Shown here: one piece after another, positions 31,303-43,287 of the stretch
Layout of the letters: the number at the start of each line of letters is the position of its first letter
Numbering within the stretch: position 1 is the stretch's first letter
NCBI GenBank assembly: GCA_944350345.1
Contig: CALVOP010000003.1
Coordinates: 22,483 to 86,482, forward strand
Reading direction: 5' to 3'
From: an uncultured Bacilli bacterium
GTDB lineage: Bacteria; Bacillota_I; Bacilli_A; RF39; UBA660
Length of the DNA stretch: 64,000 nucleotides
The notes under the pieces: model-generated
The model's database searches: none
The model's input: the letters and a program-made list of their open reading frames with translations, nothing else
Told to the model about the DNA's origin: nothing
Program-made: the position numbers and the translations under genes

Positions 31303-31728
31303 ATGAGAATATATTATATTTTTTTAATAAAAAAAGAAATAGTAGAATTAACCAAAACCAAACCTTACAACCTATATAAAATGTTAGAAAACATATATTT
31401 AATGAACAATGACGACATAGTATTAGGATACAAAACATTTGAAAAACTGTGCAAAGTCATAAACAAAAGCAACTTTAGTAAACTTATAAAAGACATAAAC
31501 AAAGACAATTTAAATTACACATGCTTTAACAATACACATTTATTAAACGATTTCTTTAAAAATGAAACGACCAAATTAATAATAAATAACAGTCACATGA
31601 AATTAAAAAGCAATGTAGAATACCCATCATTCTTAAAAGACGTAAAAAACATACCCAATTTATTCGTATGTGATTTTATAAATATGGATTATTTCTACAT
31701 AAAAGACATATTAGTAGAAGCAAAATAA
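31303..31728 (+). CDS. sirA: Sporulation inhibitor of replication SirA-like protein
   Basis: MRIYYIFLIKKE N-terminus and FVCDF C-terminus; directly upstream of yneF as in Bacillus. Confidence 0.65.
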   Translation: MRIYYIFLIKKEIVELTKTKPYNLYKMLENIYLMNNDDIVLGYKTFEKLCKVINKSNFSKLIKDINKDNLNYTCFNNTHLLNDFFKNETTKLIINNSHMKLKSNVEYPSFLKDVKNIPNLFVCDFINMDYFYIKDILVEAK

Positions 31729-31792
31729 TCGCAAAGAATAATACTTGTAAAAACAACATAAAATTGATAAAATGATAGTGAGGTGACAACAC

Positions 31793-32002
31793 ATGTTAAT
31801 GGATATACTATATATATTAATTGGATTAATAGTAGGTGTAATAATTGGATTTTTAATAGCTAGGCACATTATGAAAAAGCAACTTAAAGAAAATCCGCCA
31901 GTAAATGAAGAAATGATAAAAGCACTTATGAGAGGTATGGGAAGAAATCCTAGTCAAAAACAAGTAAATCAATTAATGAAACAAATGAGTAGATTTCAAT
32001 AA
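31793..32002 (+). CDS. yneF: YneF/UPF0154 protein
   Basis: LKENPPVNEEMI...MGRNPSQKQVNQ. Confidence 0.9.
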   Translation: MLMDILYILIGLIVGVIIGFLIARHIMKKQLKENPPVNEEMIKALMRGMGRNPSQKQVNQLMKQMSRFQ

Positions 32003-32063
32003 TCACTCATTTTTATTTTTTTATCTTTTCTTTTTATAAATTATCATTTAAAATAAACTTTAG

Positions 32064-33344
32064 GTGAGTAGAATGAAAGATATAAAATTATCTCCTTTAG
32101 ACATATATCAAGTAATAAACAAAAGCATATTAAACGAAACTGATAAATTAGTTTTAACGATACTTTATATGCCACTTATAGGAAATAACAGCATAACTTT
32201 ATATCAAACGTTATATAGTGAGTTAAGCCTAAATAATTACATAACTAGAGAACTTTCGCACCATCACTTAATAAGTACCACTGGATTAGGAATTAAAGAA
32301 CTAACCGAAGCCAGAATGAAACTTGAAGGAATTGGGTTAATGAAAACGTATATAAAAGAAGACGACATAAATAGCTATATTTATGAACTATATAGTCCAA
32401 TAAGTCCAAATGAATTTTTTAACCATCCAATATTTAATATGGTTTTATTTAACAATATAGGAAAAGAAGAATACAATAGATTAATAAATTATTTTAAAGT
32501 TCCAAAGATAGATTTTAAAAATTACACAGATATAACATCCCCATTTGATATGTGTTTTAAAAGTGAATGTTTTACACCACTTGAAATAGAAGAAAATATA
32601 ATCAAAAAAGAAACATTAAAACTAAATTATGAACTTGATTTTGATTTTGATATTATAATTAAAAGTATTCCAAAAAGCATATTTAACAGCAGATGTTTAA
32701 ACAAAAGCATGAAAGAATTAATAATCAATTTAGGATTTTTATACGAATTAGACCCACTAACAATGGCAGACTTAATAAAAACAGCTTTAAATGAAAAAGG
32801 ATGCATAGAAAAAGAAGCATTAAGAAAAAATGTAAGAAAATACTATCAATTTAACAATAGTAATAGATTACCAAGTTTAATTTTTAAAAGTCAACCCGAA
32901 TACTTAAAAAGTAATAAAACAGATAATACAAATCGTACTAGACTAATAAGAGTATTCGAAAATACAAGTCCTTACCAATTTTTAAGAGCAAAATATAAAG
33001 GTGCTAGGCCAACTGACAGAGATATGAGCATACTAGAAAACCTGCTAGTTGACTTAAAACTAAATCCAGCAGTAGTAAATGTACTAATAGATTATGTACT
33101 TAAAACCAATAACAACAAACTAGTAAAAGCATATATAGATACAATTGCAGGACAATGGAAGCGAAGTGGAGTAGAAACAGCAAGTGAAGCCATGGATTTT
33201 GCTGAAAAAGAACATAAGAAAAAAACAAAAAGCAAAAAAACAATAGAAAAAACACCTGTTTGGTTCAACAAAGAGATAGAAAAAGAAGAAGTGAGCGAAG
33301 AAGAAAAAAAGGAATTAGAAGAACTATTAAAGGAGTTTAAATAA
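32064..33344 (+). CDS. dnaB: Replication initiation and membrane attachment protein DnaB
   Basis: LYMPLIG, LEGIGL, VVNVLIDY motifs; precedes dnaI. Confidence 0.88.
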   Translation: MSRMKDIKLSPLDIYQVINKSILNETDKLVLTILYMPLIGNNSITLYQTLYSELSLNNYITRELSHHHLISTTGLGIKELTEARMKLEGIGLMKTYIKEDDINSYIYELYSPISPNEFFNHPIFNMVLFNNIGKEEYNRLINYFKVPKIDFKNYTDITSPFDMCFKSECFTPLEIEENIIKKETLKLNYELDFDFDIIIKSIPKSIFNSRCLNKSMKELIINLGFLYELDPLTMADLIKTALNEKGCIEKEALRKNVRKYYQFNNSNRLPSLIFKSQPEYLKSNKTDNTNRTRLIRVFENTSPYQFLRAKYKGARPTDRDMSILENLLVDLKLNPAVVNVLIDYVLKTNNNKLVKAYIDTIAGQWKRSGVETASEAMDFAEKEHKKKTKSKKTIEKTPVWFNKEIEKEEVSEEEKKELEELLKEFK

Positions 33345-34249
33345 TGCAAAAAATAAGTAATATGAACAAATACAAAAAGAAAGATTTAACACTAACATTA
33401 AGAAAAAGTTTTATGCTGGCATTAAAAGACGAAAAATTTGTTAAATTAGTAAATAGACTAGATGTAGATGAAGAGACATTAATAAAATATACTACAAAAC
33501 TAGAAAATACAGTTAGTGAACTTAATAATTGCAGCGGATGTAAAGGAATTAGCCATTGCAAAAACAGAGTAACTGGCTATGTAAGCTATCCAGGAAAACA
33601 AAATAACGGACTTGTATTTTCATACATTCCATGCAAACATCAAAAAGAACTATCTAAAATAAAAAATACAGTTACATTTTTTGAAACTCCCAAATTTTTA
33701 AGAGAAGCAAAAATGAAAGACATATATTTAAATGATAAAAGAAGAATAGAAGTAATAAAATACGCGAAAAAATTTATAGATTCTTATAAAAACGGAGAAA
33801 AAATAAAAGGACTATATTTATACGGATCGTTTGGCAGTGGAAAAAGTTACATAATCAACGCATTATTAAACGAATTAGGAAAAGAAGGAGTAATATGTAT
33901 AAGCGTATACTATCCAAGTCTACTTAAAACATTAAAAGAAGGATTTAAAACAAATTACGAAGAAAGACTAAAAGAGATAATAGAATGTGATGTATTATTA
34001 TTAGACGACATAGGCGCAGAAAATAATACAGCATGGGCTAGAGACGAAATATTAGGGACAATTTTGCAATACAGGATGGACAATGGTCTACCAACATTTT
34101 TTACATCGAACTTAAATTTAGAAGAATTAGAAGAGCACCTTAAAACCACTACTAATAGCACTGATAAAATAAAAGCGAGAAGAATAATAGAGAGAATAAA
34201 ACAACTTACTGAACCACTAGAATTAGTCAGCAAAAACTTGAGAAAATAA
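33344..34249 (+). CDS. dnaI: Primosomal protein DnaI (helicase loader)
   Basis: Zn Cys motif, GSFGSGKS, LLDDIGAE, TFFTSN. Confidence 0.93.
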   Translation: MQKISNMNKYKKKDLTLTLRKSFMLALKDEKFVKLVNRLDVDEETLIKYTTKLENTVSELNNCSGCKGISHCKNRVTGYVSYPGKQNNGLVFSYIPCKHQKELSKIKNTVTFFETPKFLREAKMKDIYLNDKRRIEVIKYAKKFIDSYKNGEKIKGLYLYGSFGSGKSYIINALLNELGKEGVICISVYYPSLLKTLKEGFKTNYEERLKEIIECDVLLLDDIGAENNTAWARDEILGTILQYRMDNGLPTFFTSNLNLEELEEHLKTTTNSTDKIKARRIIERIKQLTEPLELVSKNLRK

Positions 34250-34293
34250 GTTTAATGTGATATAATACATTTTTATAAAAAGGGGTATTGGTT

Positions 34294-35124
34294 ATGGAAT
34301 TAAAAAATGGTGATCAGTTAAAAGCATATTTGAAAAAAGAATCAAAAAGATTGGGGATTTCAATTAATAGTACGTATAATGCATTTTTTACTAGAAATTT
34401 ATTAGAAAGTATATCTGGGCTAAATTATGGAAATTTCGTTGTTAAAGGTAGTTTTTCTCAATTAATTCACTCAGGGACAATGTATAGGCCAGTCACTGAT
34501 ATTGATTTAGCAAGCAATAATGAAATTTCAGCTTTAAACCTTTTATATGAATTTTTAAACGGACAAAGTTCATTTATAACATATCAAATTAATAGAGAAC
34601 CGCGTGTTACATCTCATGGCACTCATAATTTTTCAGTTTATTGTATGTTTGATAGTATTAAACATTCAATTGGAATTGATTTTATGCCAAATTATAATTG
34701 CTTATACGAAATTCAATATAAACCAGTTCCCAAAATATTTTTAGGAGATAACGAATTTTATGTTAACACTCCATCATATGAAGAGTATTTAGCAGAAAAA
34801 GTTTGTATTGTTGCTGAAAATAATGCGTCTGGAAGAATTTTTAGAGTTAAAGATTTTTATGATATATATAAATTGCATAATGGTAAATATGATTATGAAA
34901 AATTTTCTATGTATTTTCAAAAAATGTTAAAAGATAGAAAACGTATTTCTATTGATGATGTCGATGCAAAGCATTTGAATAAAGATCTAATATTAAGAAT
35001 CCAAGATATGTGGAATAATGTTAAAAGCAATCATGAATTCTTGGATAGTTCGGTAGAACTTGAAGAAGCAGTTTATTATAGTAAAGGCGTTTTAGAAGAC
35101 CAAATATTAAGGTTAAGGAGGTAA
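34294..35124 (+). CDS. AbiEii/AbiGii-family nucleotidyltransferase
   Basis: VVKGS, RPVTDIDL, LAEK, RVKDFYDIY motifs. Confidence 0.8.
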   Translation: MELKNGDQLKAYLKKESKRLGISINSTYNAFFTRNLLESISGLNYGNFVVKGSFSQLIHSGTMYRPVTDIDLASNNEISALNLLYEFLNGQSSFITYQINREPRVTSHGTHNFSVYCMFDSIKHSIGIDFMPNYNCLYEIQYKPVPKIFLGDNEFYVNTPSYEEYLAEKVCIVAENNASGRIFRVKDFYDIYKLHNGKYDYEKFSMYFQKMLKDRKRISIDDVDAKHLNKDLILRIQDMWNNVKSNHEFLDSSVELEEAVYYSKGVLEDQILRLRR

Positions 35125-35125
35125 T

Positions 35126-35332
35126 ATGGATAAAACATCATTTGATGGCAAAATGAGTATGTTAGTGACAGAAAAGAGGCTTTTAGAAACTAGTTACAAA
35201 AGAACAAAGGATGAGGAGGTACAGTTGGAAATAAAAAGAAGAATAATACACATAAGAAGCGAAATGCAAAAATTAAAAAAGGAATATAACGAAAATCCAA
35301 ATACCTTAGAAGAAATTGAGGGGATAGAATGA
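35126..35332 (+). CDS. Small coiled-coil hypothetical protein
   Basis: AAGGAGG RBS overlapping the end of the AbiEii gene. Confidence 0.7.
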   Translation: MDKTSFDGKMSMLVTEKRLLETSYKRTKDEEVQLEIKRRIIHIRSEMQKLKKEYNENPNTLEEIEGIE

Positions 35333-35523
35333 GTTATAAAGATGAACTATTTGATTTACAACTTAGAGAGCAAATTTTAAAAGTGGAATTTTACAAAACT
35401 AAAGACGAAAAACGAAAAAAAGAAATTAAGGCATTAATTAGTGAAATAAACCGAGCAAAAAATACAATTGAAAAACATCAAACAAAAGCATACAAAAAGG
35501 CTGGACTTTATTTTAAATTTTAA
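35329..35523 (+). CDS. Small coiled-coil hypothetical protein, similar to the preceding ORF
   Basis: ATGA overlap, GAGGG RBS; shared TKDExxxxEIK motif. Confidence 0.7.
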   Translation: MSYKDELFDLQLREQILKVEFYKTKDEKRKKEIKALISEINRAKNTIEKHQTKAYKKAGLYFKF

Positions 35524-35579
35524 GCGTTCATTAAAACAATGGATGCTTTTTAATTGTAAAGGGAGAAGCAACATGATAA

Positions 35580-36079
35580 CAAGATGAAAACGGGACAATA
35601 TATTTAGTAAGTGAAGATAATGCATTACTAACTATATACAAATTGGTTATTGATGAAATAACTGATGAAGTGCAAATCAAGAGTGTTCAAGATTTATTAA
35701 AATCAAATGAAACACTAATAAATTTATATGATATAAATTTATTAGATGGAAATAATTTAGTTGTAAAGTTAGAAAATGGAAATTATCTAATAAATATTAA
35801 ACTTAAAGATGAGTTAAAAAATTTGAAAACCTACAAATAGTTTATGTAGATGAAAGTAGAGAAATTGCTGAAAGATTAGGTGCAAAAATAGAATATGGAT
35901 ATGTGACTTTTGCTACTATACACTTAAGTACCTATGGAATTGTAGCATTGGGTAAAGTGGAAAATCCACAAAGAAATGATATTATCATAGCGTATATAAT
36001 TATAATAATATGTGTTGTTAGGGGAATAGTAGGGTCAGCTTTATATATAAAATTTATAAAGAAAAAAAGATTTAATTAA
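35580..36079 (+). pseudogene. Frameshifted remnant of a surface protein (paralogue of 2256-2570)
   Basis: LYDINLL...ENGNYLINIK, frameshift near 35835, then IVYVDES...GYVTFATIHLSTY...ENPQR, TM, ALYIKFIKKKRFN*. Confidence 0.75.
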
Positions 36080-36217
36080 AAAAACTGCTCAAAAAAAATA
36101 CTTGACTGAATATAATTAATGTAGTATGATTATTTTGCTTTGAGTTTTCGCGAGAAAACTTAATAAAAATACAAAATATGATACACCAGGATGTGTGTAT
36201 AAGAAGGGAGAAATTAT

Positions 36218-36634
36218 ATGCCTACAATTAACCAATTAGTTAGAAAGAAAAGAGGACAAAAAGTAAGAAAAAGTAAAAGTCCAGTATTAGGAATGGGATT
36301 TAATACTAAAGATAGAAAAAGAACAAATTATGCTTCACCACAAAAACGTGGAGTATGTACACGTGTAGGAACAAAAACGCCAAAAAAACCAAACTCAGCA
36401 CTTAGAAAATATGCACGTGTTAAATTAAGTAATAACTACGAAGTAACATGCTACATTCCAGGAGAAGGACACAATTTACAAGAGCACAGTGTAGTACTAA
36501 TTAGAGGCGGTCGTGTAAAAGACCTAATTGGAGTACGTTATCACATTGTACGTGGAACATTAGATACAGCTGGTATAGATGCAAGAAGACAAGGTAGAAG
36601 TAAATACGGAACTAAAAAACCAAAAAGTAATTAA
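36218..36634 (+). CDS. rpsL: 30S ribosomal protein S12
   Basis: [20 protein letters not shown]. Confidence 0.99.
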   Translation: MPTINQLVRKKRGQKVRKSKSPVLGMGFNTKDRKRTNYASPQKRGVCTRVGTKTPKKPNSALRKYARVKLSNNYEVTCYIPGEGHNLQEHSVVLIRGGRVKDLIGVRYHIVRGTLDTAGIDARRQGRSKYGTKKPKSN

Positions 36635-36651
36635 TAGAAAGGAGAATTACA

Positions 36652-37119
36652 ATGCGTAAAAAAAGAGCAGAAATAAGAGAAGTATTACCAGATCCAATTT
36701 ATAATTCAAAAGTAGTAACAAAACTAATAAATAGAATTATGATAGGTGGTAAAAAAGGAACAGCACAAACAATATTATATGATGCATTTAATATTGTAAA
36801 AGAAAAAACTGGTAAAGATCCAATGGAAGTATTTGAACTTGCATTTGAAAATATCAAGCCATCACTAGAAATAAAAAGTAGACGTATTGGTGGAGGTAAC
36901 TATCAAGTACCAGTTGAAGTAAGAAAAGAAAGACAGCAAGCATTAACATTACGTTGGTTAGTGCAATATGCAAAAAATAGAAATGGCAAAGGAATGGCAG
37001 AAAACCTTGCTGACGAAATAATTGATGCTTCAAACGGAGTAGGTGGTGCAGTTAAAAAACGTGAAGATACACACAAAATGGCAGAAGCTAACAAAGCATA
37101 TGCTCATTATAGATGGTAA
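36652..37119 (+). CDS. rpsG: 30S ribosomal protein S7
   Basis: [26 protein letters not shown]. Confidence 0.99.
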   Translation: MRKKRAEIREVLPDPIYNSKVVTKLINRIMIGGKKGTAQTILYDAFNIVKEKTGKDPMEVFELAFENIKPSLEIKSRRIGGGNYQVPVEVRKERQQALTLRWLVQYAKNRNGKGMAENLADEIIDASNGVGGAVKKREDTHKMAEANKAYAHYRW

Positions 37120-37134
37120 GAAGGGAGAAAATAT

Positions 37135-39207
37135 ATGGCGCGTGACGTATCGTTAGACAAACTTCGTAATATAGGAATAATGGCACATATTGATGCCGGA
37201 AAAACTACATTTACTGAACGTGTTCTTTTCCATACAGGAATTACACATAAAATTGGAGAAACTCACGATGGTGAATCTCAAATGGACTGGATGGAACAAG
37301 AAAAAGAGAGAGGTATAACTATTACAAGTGCAGCTACTACAGCACATTGGAAAGGTTATAGATTAAATATAATAGATACACCAGGGCACGTAGACTTCAC
37401 AATAGAAGTAGCGCGTTCATTAAGGGTATTAGACGGAGCGATAGCTTTAATAGATGCTCAAGCTGGTGTTGAAACACAAACTGAACAAGTTTGGAGACAA
37501 GCAAACGAATGGAAAGTTCCAAGAATGATATTTGCTAACAAAATGGACAAAATGGGAGCAGATTTTAAATACAGTTTAAACAGCATTAAAGAAAGATTAA
37601 GCGAAAAATCAGCACCTATTGAGTGGCCAATTGGAGCAGAAGACAATTTCAATGGAATAATCGATTTAGTTTCATTAAAAGCTTACAAATATAATGGTGA
37701 ACAACACGAAGAACCAGAAGAAATAGAAATACCAGAAGATTTAAAAGACGAAGTAATGGAAAAGAGAAACGAACTTATAGAAGCAGTTGCAGACTTTGAT
37801 GACGAATTAATGGAAAACTACTTAGAGGGAAAAGAAATTACTGCTGAAGAACTTAAAAAAGCAATCAGAAAAGGCGTTTTAAGCGTAGAATTCTTCCCTG
37901 TAATGTGTGGAACAGCATTAGGAAACATTGGAGTAAAACTAGCACTTGATGCAGTACTTGATTATTTACCAGCACCTACTGATATTGAAGCAATTAAAGG
38001 TGAAGATATGAAAGGTAATCCAATCGAAAGAAAAGCAAGTGACTCTGAACCATTCAGTGCATTAGCATTTAAAGTAATGAACGACCCATTTGTAGGAAAC
38101 CTAACTTTCTTTAGAGTATATTCTGGTACATTAAAAAGTGGAAGTTACGTAATGAATTCTACAAAAGGAGAAAAAGAAAGAATTGGACGTATTTTACAAA
38201 TGCATGCCAACCAAAGAAAAGAAATTAGCGAAGTATATGCAGGAGAAATCGCTGCTGCAGTAGGATTAAAAGATACCACAACAGGAGACACATTATGTGC
38301 TGAAAATAATCAAGTAATTCTAGAAAAAATGGAATTCCCTGAACCTGTTATTCAATTAGCAATTGAACCAAAAAGTAAAAATGACCAAGAAAAAATGGGA
38401 ATTGCATTACAAAAATTAGCAAAAGAAGACCCATCATTTAAAGCTAGTACAGACCATGAAACTGGTCAAACATTGATAGCTGGAATGGGAGAACTACATC
38501 TAGAAGTATTAGTTGATAGAATGAGAAGAGAATTTGATGTAGAAGCAAACATTGGTAAACCACAAGTTGCATACAGAGAAACATTAACACAAGCTGGAGA
38601 ATGTGAAGGAAAGTACATCAAACAATCAGGTGGACGTGGACAATACGGACACGTTTGGGTTAAATTTGAACCAAACAAAGACAAAGGCTACGAATTTGTT
38701 GATGAGGTTGTAGGTGGAGTTGTACCTAGAGAATACATAGGAGTTGTAGATAAAGGTTTACAAGAAGCACTTCAAGGAGGTCTATTAGCAGGATATCCTA
38801 TGATAGACGTTAAATGTACATTATTTGATGGATCATACCATGACGTCGACTCATCAGAAATGGCATTTAAAATAGCCGCTAGCATGGCACTTAAAGAAGC
38901 TAAAAACAAATGTAAACCAGTACTACTAGAACCAATTATGAACGTAAGTGTAGTTGTACCAGAAGAATTTATGGGAACAGTAATGGGAGACCTTACAAGT
39001 AGAAGAGGTAGACCACTTGGAAATGAAAGTAGAGGTCGTGACTTAGAGATAAGAGCAATGGTTCCACTTTCAGAAATGTTCGGTTATGCAACAAGTTTAA
39101 GAAGTAACACACAAGGTAGAGGTACTCACCAAATGATATTTGATCATTACGAAGAAGTACCAAAAAATATTGCTGAAGAAATTATAAAAAGAAATAGTGT
39201 TCAGTAA
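37135..39207 (+). CDS. fusA: Elongation factor G
   Basis: [24 protein letters not shown]. Confidence 0.99.
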   Translation: MARDVSLDKLRNIGIMAHIDAGKTTFTERVLFHTGITHKIGETHDGESQMDWMEQEKERGITITSAATTAHWKGYRLNIIDTPGHVDFTIEVARSLRVLDGAIALIDAQAGVETQTEQVWRQANEWKVPRMIFANKMDKMGADFKYSLNSIKERLSEKSAPIEWPIGAEDNFNGIIDLVSLKAYKYNGEQHEEPEEIEIPEDLKDEVMEKRNELIEAVADFDDELMENYLEGKEITAEELKKAIRKGVLSVEFFPVMCGTALGNIGVKLALDAVLDYLPAPTDIEAIKGEDMKGNPIERKASDSEPFSALAFKVMNDPFVGNLTFFRVYSGTLKSGSYVMNSTKGEKERIGRILQMHANQRKEISEVYAGEIAAAVGLKDTTTGDTLCAENNQVILEKMEFPEPVIQLAIEPKSKNDQEKMGIALQKLAKEDPSFKASTDHETGQTLIAGMGELHLEVLVDRMRREFDVEANIGKPQVAYRETLTQAGECEGKYIKQSGGRGQYGHVWVKFEPNKDKGYEFVDEVVGGVVPREYIGVVDKGLQEALQGGLLAGYPMIDVKCTLFDGSYHDVDSSEMAFKIAASMALKEAKNKCKPVLLEPIMNVSVVVPEEFMGTVMGDLTSRRGRPLGNESRGRDLEIRAMVPLSEMFGYATSLRSNTQGRGTHQMIFDHYEEVPKNIAEEIIKRNSVQ

Positions 39208-39292
39208 TCAAAAAAATGATAATAATACTTGCAAAAATTAGAAGTATTAGATAAAATTATATATGTAATTAAAAAAAGGAGGAAATTAAAAA

Positions 39293-40462
39293 ATGGCAAG
39301 AGAAAAATTTGATCGTTCAAAACCACATGTTAATATTGGTACTATTGGACACGTTGACCATGGTAAAACAACGTTAACAGCTGCAATTACAAAATATTTT
39401 GGTGATTTCGTTGATTATGCTGATATCGATAAAGCACCAGAAGAAAGGGAAAGAGGTATAACTATTAATACTGCTCACGTTGAGTATGAGACTGAAAATA
39501 GACACTATGCTCACGTTGACTGTCCAGGACACGCAGACTATGTAAAAAACATGATTACAGGTGCTGCACAAATGGACGGGGCAATTCTAGTTGTTAGTGC
39601 AACAGATGGACCTATGCCTCAAACAAGAGAGCACATCTTATTATCACGTCAAGTTGGTGTACCAAGAATGGTAGTTTTCATCAACAAATGTGATATGGTA
39701 GATGATCCAGAATTACTAGATTTAGTAGAAATGGAAGTAAGAGACTTACTTACTGAATATGAATTCGATGGAGACAACACTCCAATTATAAGAGGTAGTG
39801 CATTAAAAGCACTTGAAGGAGATCCTGAAGCAGAAAAATCTATAAGAGAATTAATGGCTGCAGTTGATACTTGGATTGAAACTCCACAAAGAGATACTGA
39901 CAAACCATTCTTAATGAGTATAGAAGACGTTTTCACAATCACAGGACGTGGAACAGTTGTTACTGGTCGTGTTGAAAGAGGAAGACTAAATCTAAACGAA
40001 GAAGTTGAAATCGTTGGAATTAAACCAACACAAAAATCAGTTGTTACAGGAATCGAAATGTTCAGAAAACAACTTGAATATGCTGAAGCAGGAGATAATG
40101 CAGGTGTATTACTTCGTGGAATTAACCGTGAAGATGTTGAAAGAGGACAAGTTCTTGCAAAACCAGGAACAGTTACTCCACACAAAAAATTTAAAGCAAG
40201 CGTATATGTATTGTCTAAAGAAGAAGGCGGAAGACACACTCCATTCTTCAGTAACTATAGACCACAATTCTACTTCAGAACTACAGATGTTACTGGTGTA
40301 ATCGAATTACCACAAGGAACTGAAATGGTAATGCCAGGTGACAACGTAGATATGACAGTTGAATTAATTACACCAATCGCTCTTGAAAACGGAACTAAAT
40401 TCTCTATAAGAGAAGGTGGACGTACAGTTGGTGCTGGTGTAGTTTCAGAAATTATCGAATAA
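39293..40462 (+). CDS. tuf: Elongation factor Tu
   Basis: [32 protein letters not shown]. Confidence 0.99.
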   Translation: MAREKFDRSKPHVNIGTIGHVDHGKTTLTAAITKYFGDFVDYADIDKAPEERERGITINTAHVEYETENRHYAHVDCPGHADYVKNMITGAAQMDGAILVVSATDGPMPQTREHILLSRQVGVPRMVVFINKCDMVDDPELLDLVEMEVRDLLTEYEFDGDNTPIIRGSALKALEGDPEAEKSIRELMAAVDTWIETPQRDTDKPFLMSIEDVFTITGRGTVVTGRVERGRLNLNEEVEIVGIKPTQKSVVTGIEMFRKQLEYAEAGDNAGVLLRGINREDVERGQVLAKPGTVTPHKKFKASVYVLSKEEGGRHTPFFSNYRPQFYFRTTDVTGVIELPQGTEMVMPGDNVDMTVELITPIALENGTKFSIREGGRTVGAGVVSEIIE

Positions 40463-40573
40463 TACATTTTAAAAAGTGCGATTTCATCGTACTTTTTTTA
40501 TTGACAAAAAATACAAATATTTGCAATTTTTAATATTTATGATATACTAAAAATATAATAAGAGGTGAAATAG

Positions 40574-42397
40574 ATGACTAACAATTACTTTACTATATGT
40601 AGTTTATTTTATATAGTCACTATTTGCATCGCTTTTTTTATAAAAGAAAGAATAAATTCAACTGAAACAAATATATACAAATACATAATATTAACTAATT
40701 TATTTACTGTTATAACTGCAATAATATGTTTCTTCACAATTAAATATTATGAAATTATTCCATTTATAAACATGATAGTTTCAAAGACATTAATTGTATT
40801 AATGTTTAGTTTTCATGTATTTTTAACAGCATATATTTATTATATCTCATCTAAAAATGTAAATAAAAATAAGAAAAGTTATGTTTTTGAAATACAAATA
40901 GCATTATTATTTTATATGATATCTGTGCTTTTAATATATGCTTTACCTCTTTATTACCACAATGACAATAATGTTATATATTCATACGGTCCAAGTGCAA
41001 ACGTAACTTATATATCAACCATAGTAATATTTGGATTTTGGATTTATTGTTTAATTAAAGATAGAAAAAACTTTAAAGATAAAAAGTATTGGCCGTTTTT
41101 TGTATTTATGATTTTAAGTATTATATGTGTTATAATACAAAAATTATATCCAGGTATTTTAGTTTTAACTGCACTTGAAACATTTATATGTGTAATAATG
41201 TACTTTACTATAGAAAATCCTGATGTAAAATTAATTAAAGAATTAAATTTAGCAAAAGATCGGGCAGAAAAAGCCAACAGTGCAAAAACGGATTTTTTAT
41301 CTAACATGTCACACGAAATAAGAACGCCATTAAATGCTATAGTAGGATTCAGCGAAACACTATCAAGAGAAAATGTACCAAGTGAAATAAAAGAAGAAGT
41401 CAAAGACATACTAATGGCAAGCGATAACCTATTAGAAATAGTAAATGGAATATTAGATATATCAAAAATAGAAGCAGACAAACTAGAAATAATTAATACA
41501 CCGTATAATTTTAATAAAATAATAGATGAACTAGCAGCATTAACAAAGTCAAGAATAGGAGACAAACCGATTGAATTTATAGTAAAAAAAGACGAATCGA
41601 TACCAGAATATTTATATGGTGACAGTGGAAGAGTAAAGCAAGTAATACTAAACCTACTTACAAATGCAGCAAAATATACACTCGATGGAAGAATAACATT
41701 TACCATAAGCAGTATAATAAAAGGAGATGCAATAAGATTAATATTCAGCGTAGAAGACACTGGAATAGGAATTAAGGAAGACAAAATAGACAAATTATTT
41801 GGAAAATTTGAAAGATTAGGAGTAGAAGACGAAATAACTATAGAAGGAACTGGTCTTGGACTAGCCATTACAAAAAAACTATTAGACTTAATGCATGGAA
41901 AAATAGTCGTTCAAAGTACATATGGTGAAGGAAGTAAATTCATAGCCTATATAGATCAATTAATAGTAAAAGACACAACTGAAATAAAAAATAAAGAAAT
42001 GAATACAGTAGTTGACATAAACGTAAATTTTGCAAACAAAAAAATACTATTAGTTGACGATAACGAACTAAACATAAAAGTTGCAAAAAGACTTTTAAAA
42101 AATTATAATTTAGATATAGAAGATGTAATGAGTGGACAAGCGTGCATTGATAAGATAAAAACAGGAAACAAATATGATTTAATATTATTAGACGATATGA
42201 TGCCAAAAATGAGTGGAAAAGATGTTATCAAAATTTTAAAATCAGATCCAGATTTCAAAATTCCAGTTATAATGTTAACAGCAAATGCTTTAACTGGTAT
42301 GAAAGAAGAATACATTAATTTAGGATTTGATGGGTACTTAGCAAAACCAATTGATAGAAAAGAAATGCTAAAAATATTAAAAAAATATTTAGGATGA
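40574..42397 (+). CDS. Membrane hybrid histidine kinase (7TM-HisKA-HATPase-REC)
   Basis: FLSNMSHEIRTPLN, NLLTNAAKYT, DTGIG, GTGLGL, LLVDDN...LDDMMP...KP. Confidence 0.93.
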   Translation: MTNNYFTICSLFYIVTICIAFFIKERINSTETNIYKYIILTNLFTVITAIICFFTIKYYEIIPFINMIVSKTLIVLMFSFHVFLTAYIYYISSKNVNKNKKSYVFEIQIALLFYMISVLLIYALPLYYHNDNNVIYSYGPSANVTYISTIVIFGFWIYCLIKDRKNFKDKKYWPFFVFMILSIICVIIQKLYPGILVLTALETFICVIMYFTIENPDVKLIKELNLAKDRAEKANSAKTDFLSNMSHEIRTPLNAIVGFSETLSRENVPSEIKEEVKDILMASDNLLEIVNGILDISKIEADKLEIINTPYNFNKIIDELAALTKSRIGDKPIEFIVKKDESIPEYLYGDSGRVKQVILNLLTNAAKYTLDGRITFTISSIIKGDAIRLIFSVEDTGIGIKEDKIDKLFGKFERLGVEDEITIEGTGLGLAITKKLLDLMHGKIVVQSTYGEGSKFIAYIDQLIVKDTTEIKNKEMNTVVDINVNFANKKILLVDDNELNIKVAKRLLKNYNLDIEDVMSGQACIDKIKTGNKYDLILLDDMMPKMSGKDVIKILKSDPDFKIPVIMLTANALTGMKEEYINLGFDGYLAKPIDRKEMLKILKKYLG

Positions 42398-42411
42398 AAG
42401 GTGAGTGTATT

Positions 42412-43188
42412 ATGAGAGATGTAAACAAGTTAAAAGAAAATGGAGTTAATGTTGATAAAAGCCTAGAATTATTTGGAGACATGGAAATGTATGATGCGAC
42501 ATTGATTGATTTTTTAGAAGGAGTAGATGAAAAACTAAAAAACTTAGAACACTGCAAAGAAAATGCTGATATGGTTAACTATGCAATATATGTACATTCA
42601 TTAAAAAGTGATGCTAGATACTTAGGATTTGAAAAATTACAAGATTTAGCATATCAACAAGAGATGAAAAGTAAAGCAAATGACATCATGTTCATATATG
42701 ATCATTACGATGAGCTTATGGAAGAGGCACATAGAGTAATTGACTTAGTTAACGATTACCTCGGTAAAGAAAAAGAACAGGTAGAAAAACCAGATTTTAT
42801 TATAAAAGATAAAGCAATACTCGTTGTAGATGATTCAGACATGATAAGCAGATTTATAAAAAAAGTATTTAATAACGATTATGAAGTCTACACAGCAAGT
42901 GATGGAGCAGAGGCAATAAAATTTTTAGAAGAAAATAGGGACAATACAAAAATAAAAGCAGCACTAATAGATTTAAATATGCCAAACGTAAATGGTTTTG
43001 AGTTATTAGACTATTTTATTAAAAATCAATTATTTATAAAAATCCCAGTTTCTATAATAACTGGAGTTGATGATAAAGAGACAATAGAAAAGGCGTTTCA
43101 ATATGGGATAGTAGATTTATTAACTAAACCATTTAATGAAAGAGATATTAAAAGAATTGTAGAAAAAACAATTAATTATAATATATAA
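42412..43188 (+). CDS. HPt-receiver protein
   Basis: YVHSLKSDARYLG (HPt); ILVVDD, DLNMP and KPF (REC). Confidence 0.85.
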   Translation: MRDVNKLKENGVNVDKSLELFGDMEMYDATLIDFLEGVDEKLKNLEHCKENADMVNYAIYVHSLKSDARYLGFEKLQDLAYQQEMKSKANDIMFIYDHYDELMEEAHRVIDLVNDYLGKEKEQVEKPDFIIKDKAILVVDDSDMISRFIKKVFNNDYEVYTASDGAEAIKFLEENRDNTKIKAALIDLNMPNVNGFELLDYFIKNQLFIKIPVSIITGVDDKETIEKAFQYGIVDLLTKPFNERDIKRIVEKTINYNI

Positions 43189-43287
43189 TGTAAATTAATT
43201 ATAGTATTATATATTTATATTGACTATATAAAAAAAAGAGTGGTATAATTTACTCAGATAGAAAATAAGAAAGGATGGTATATTTAT

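Noticed and set aside
41044-41868. 274-aa antisense ORF, and the many shorter antisense ORFs in the track
   Set aside because: Shadow frames of strongly biased sense genes; S/L/F-rich with no motifs
43220-43249. A8 tract in the pilin promoter spacer as a phase-variation switch
   Set aside because: Short A tracts are ubiquitous in this AT-rich sequence; no independent support
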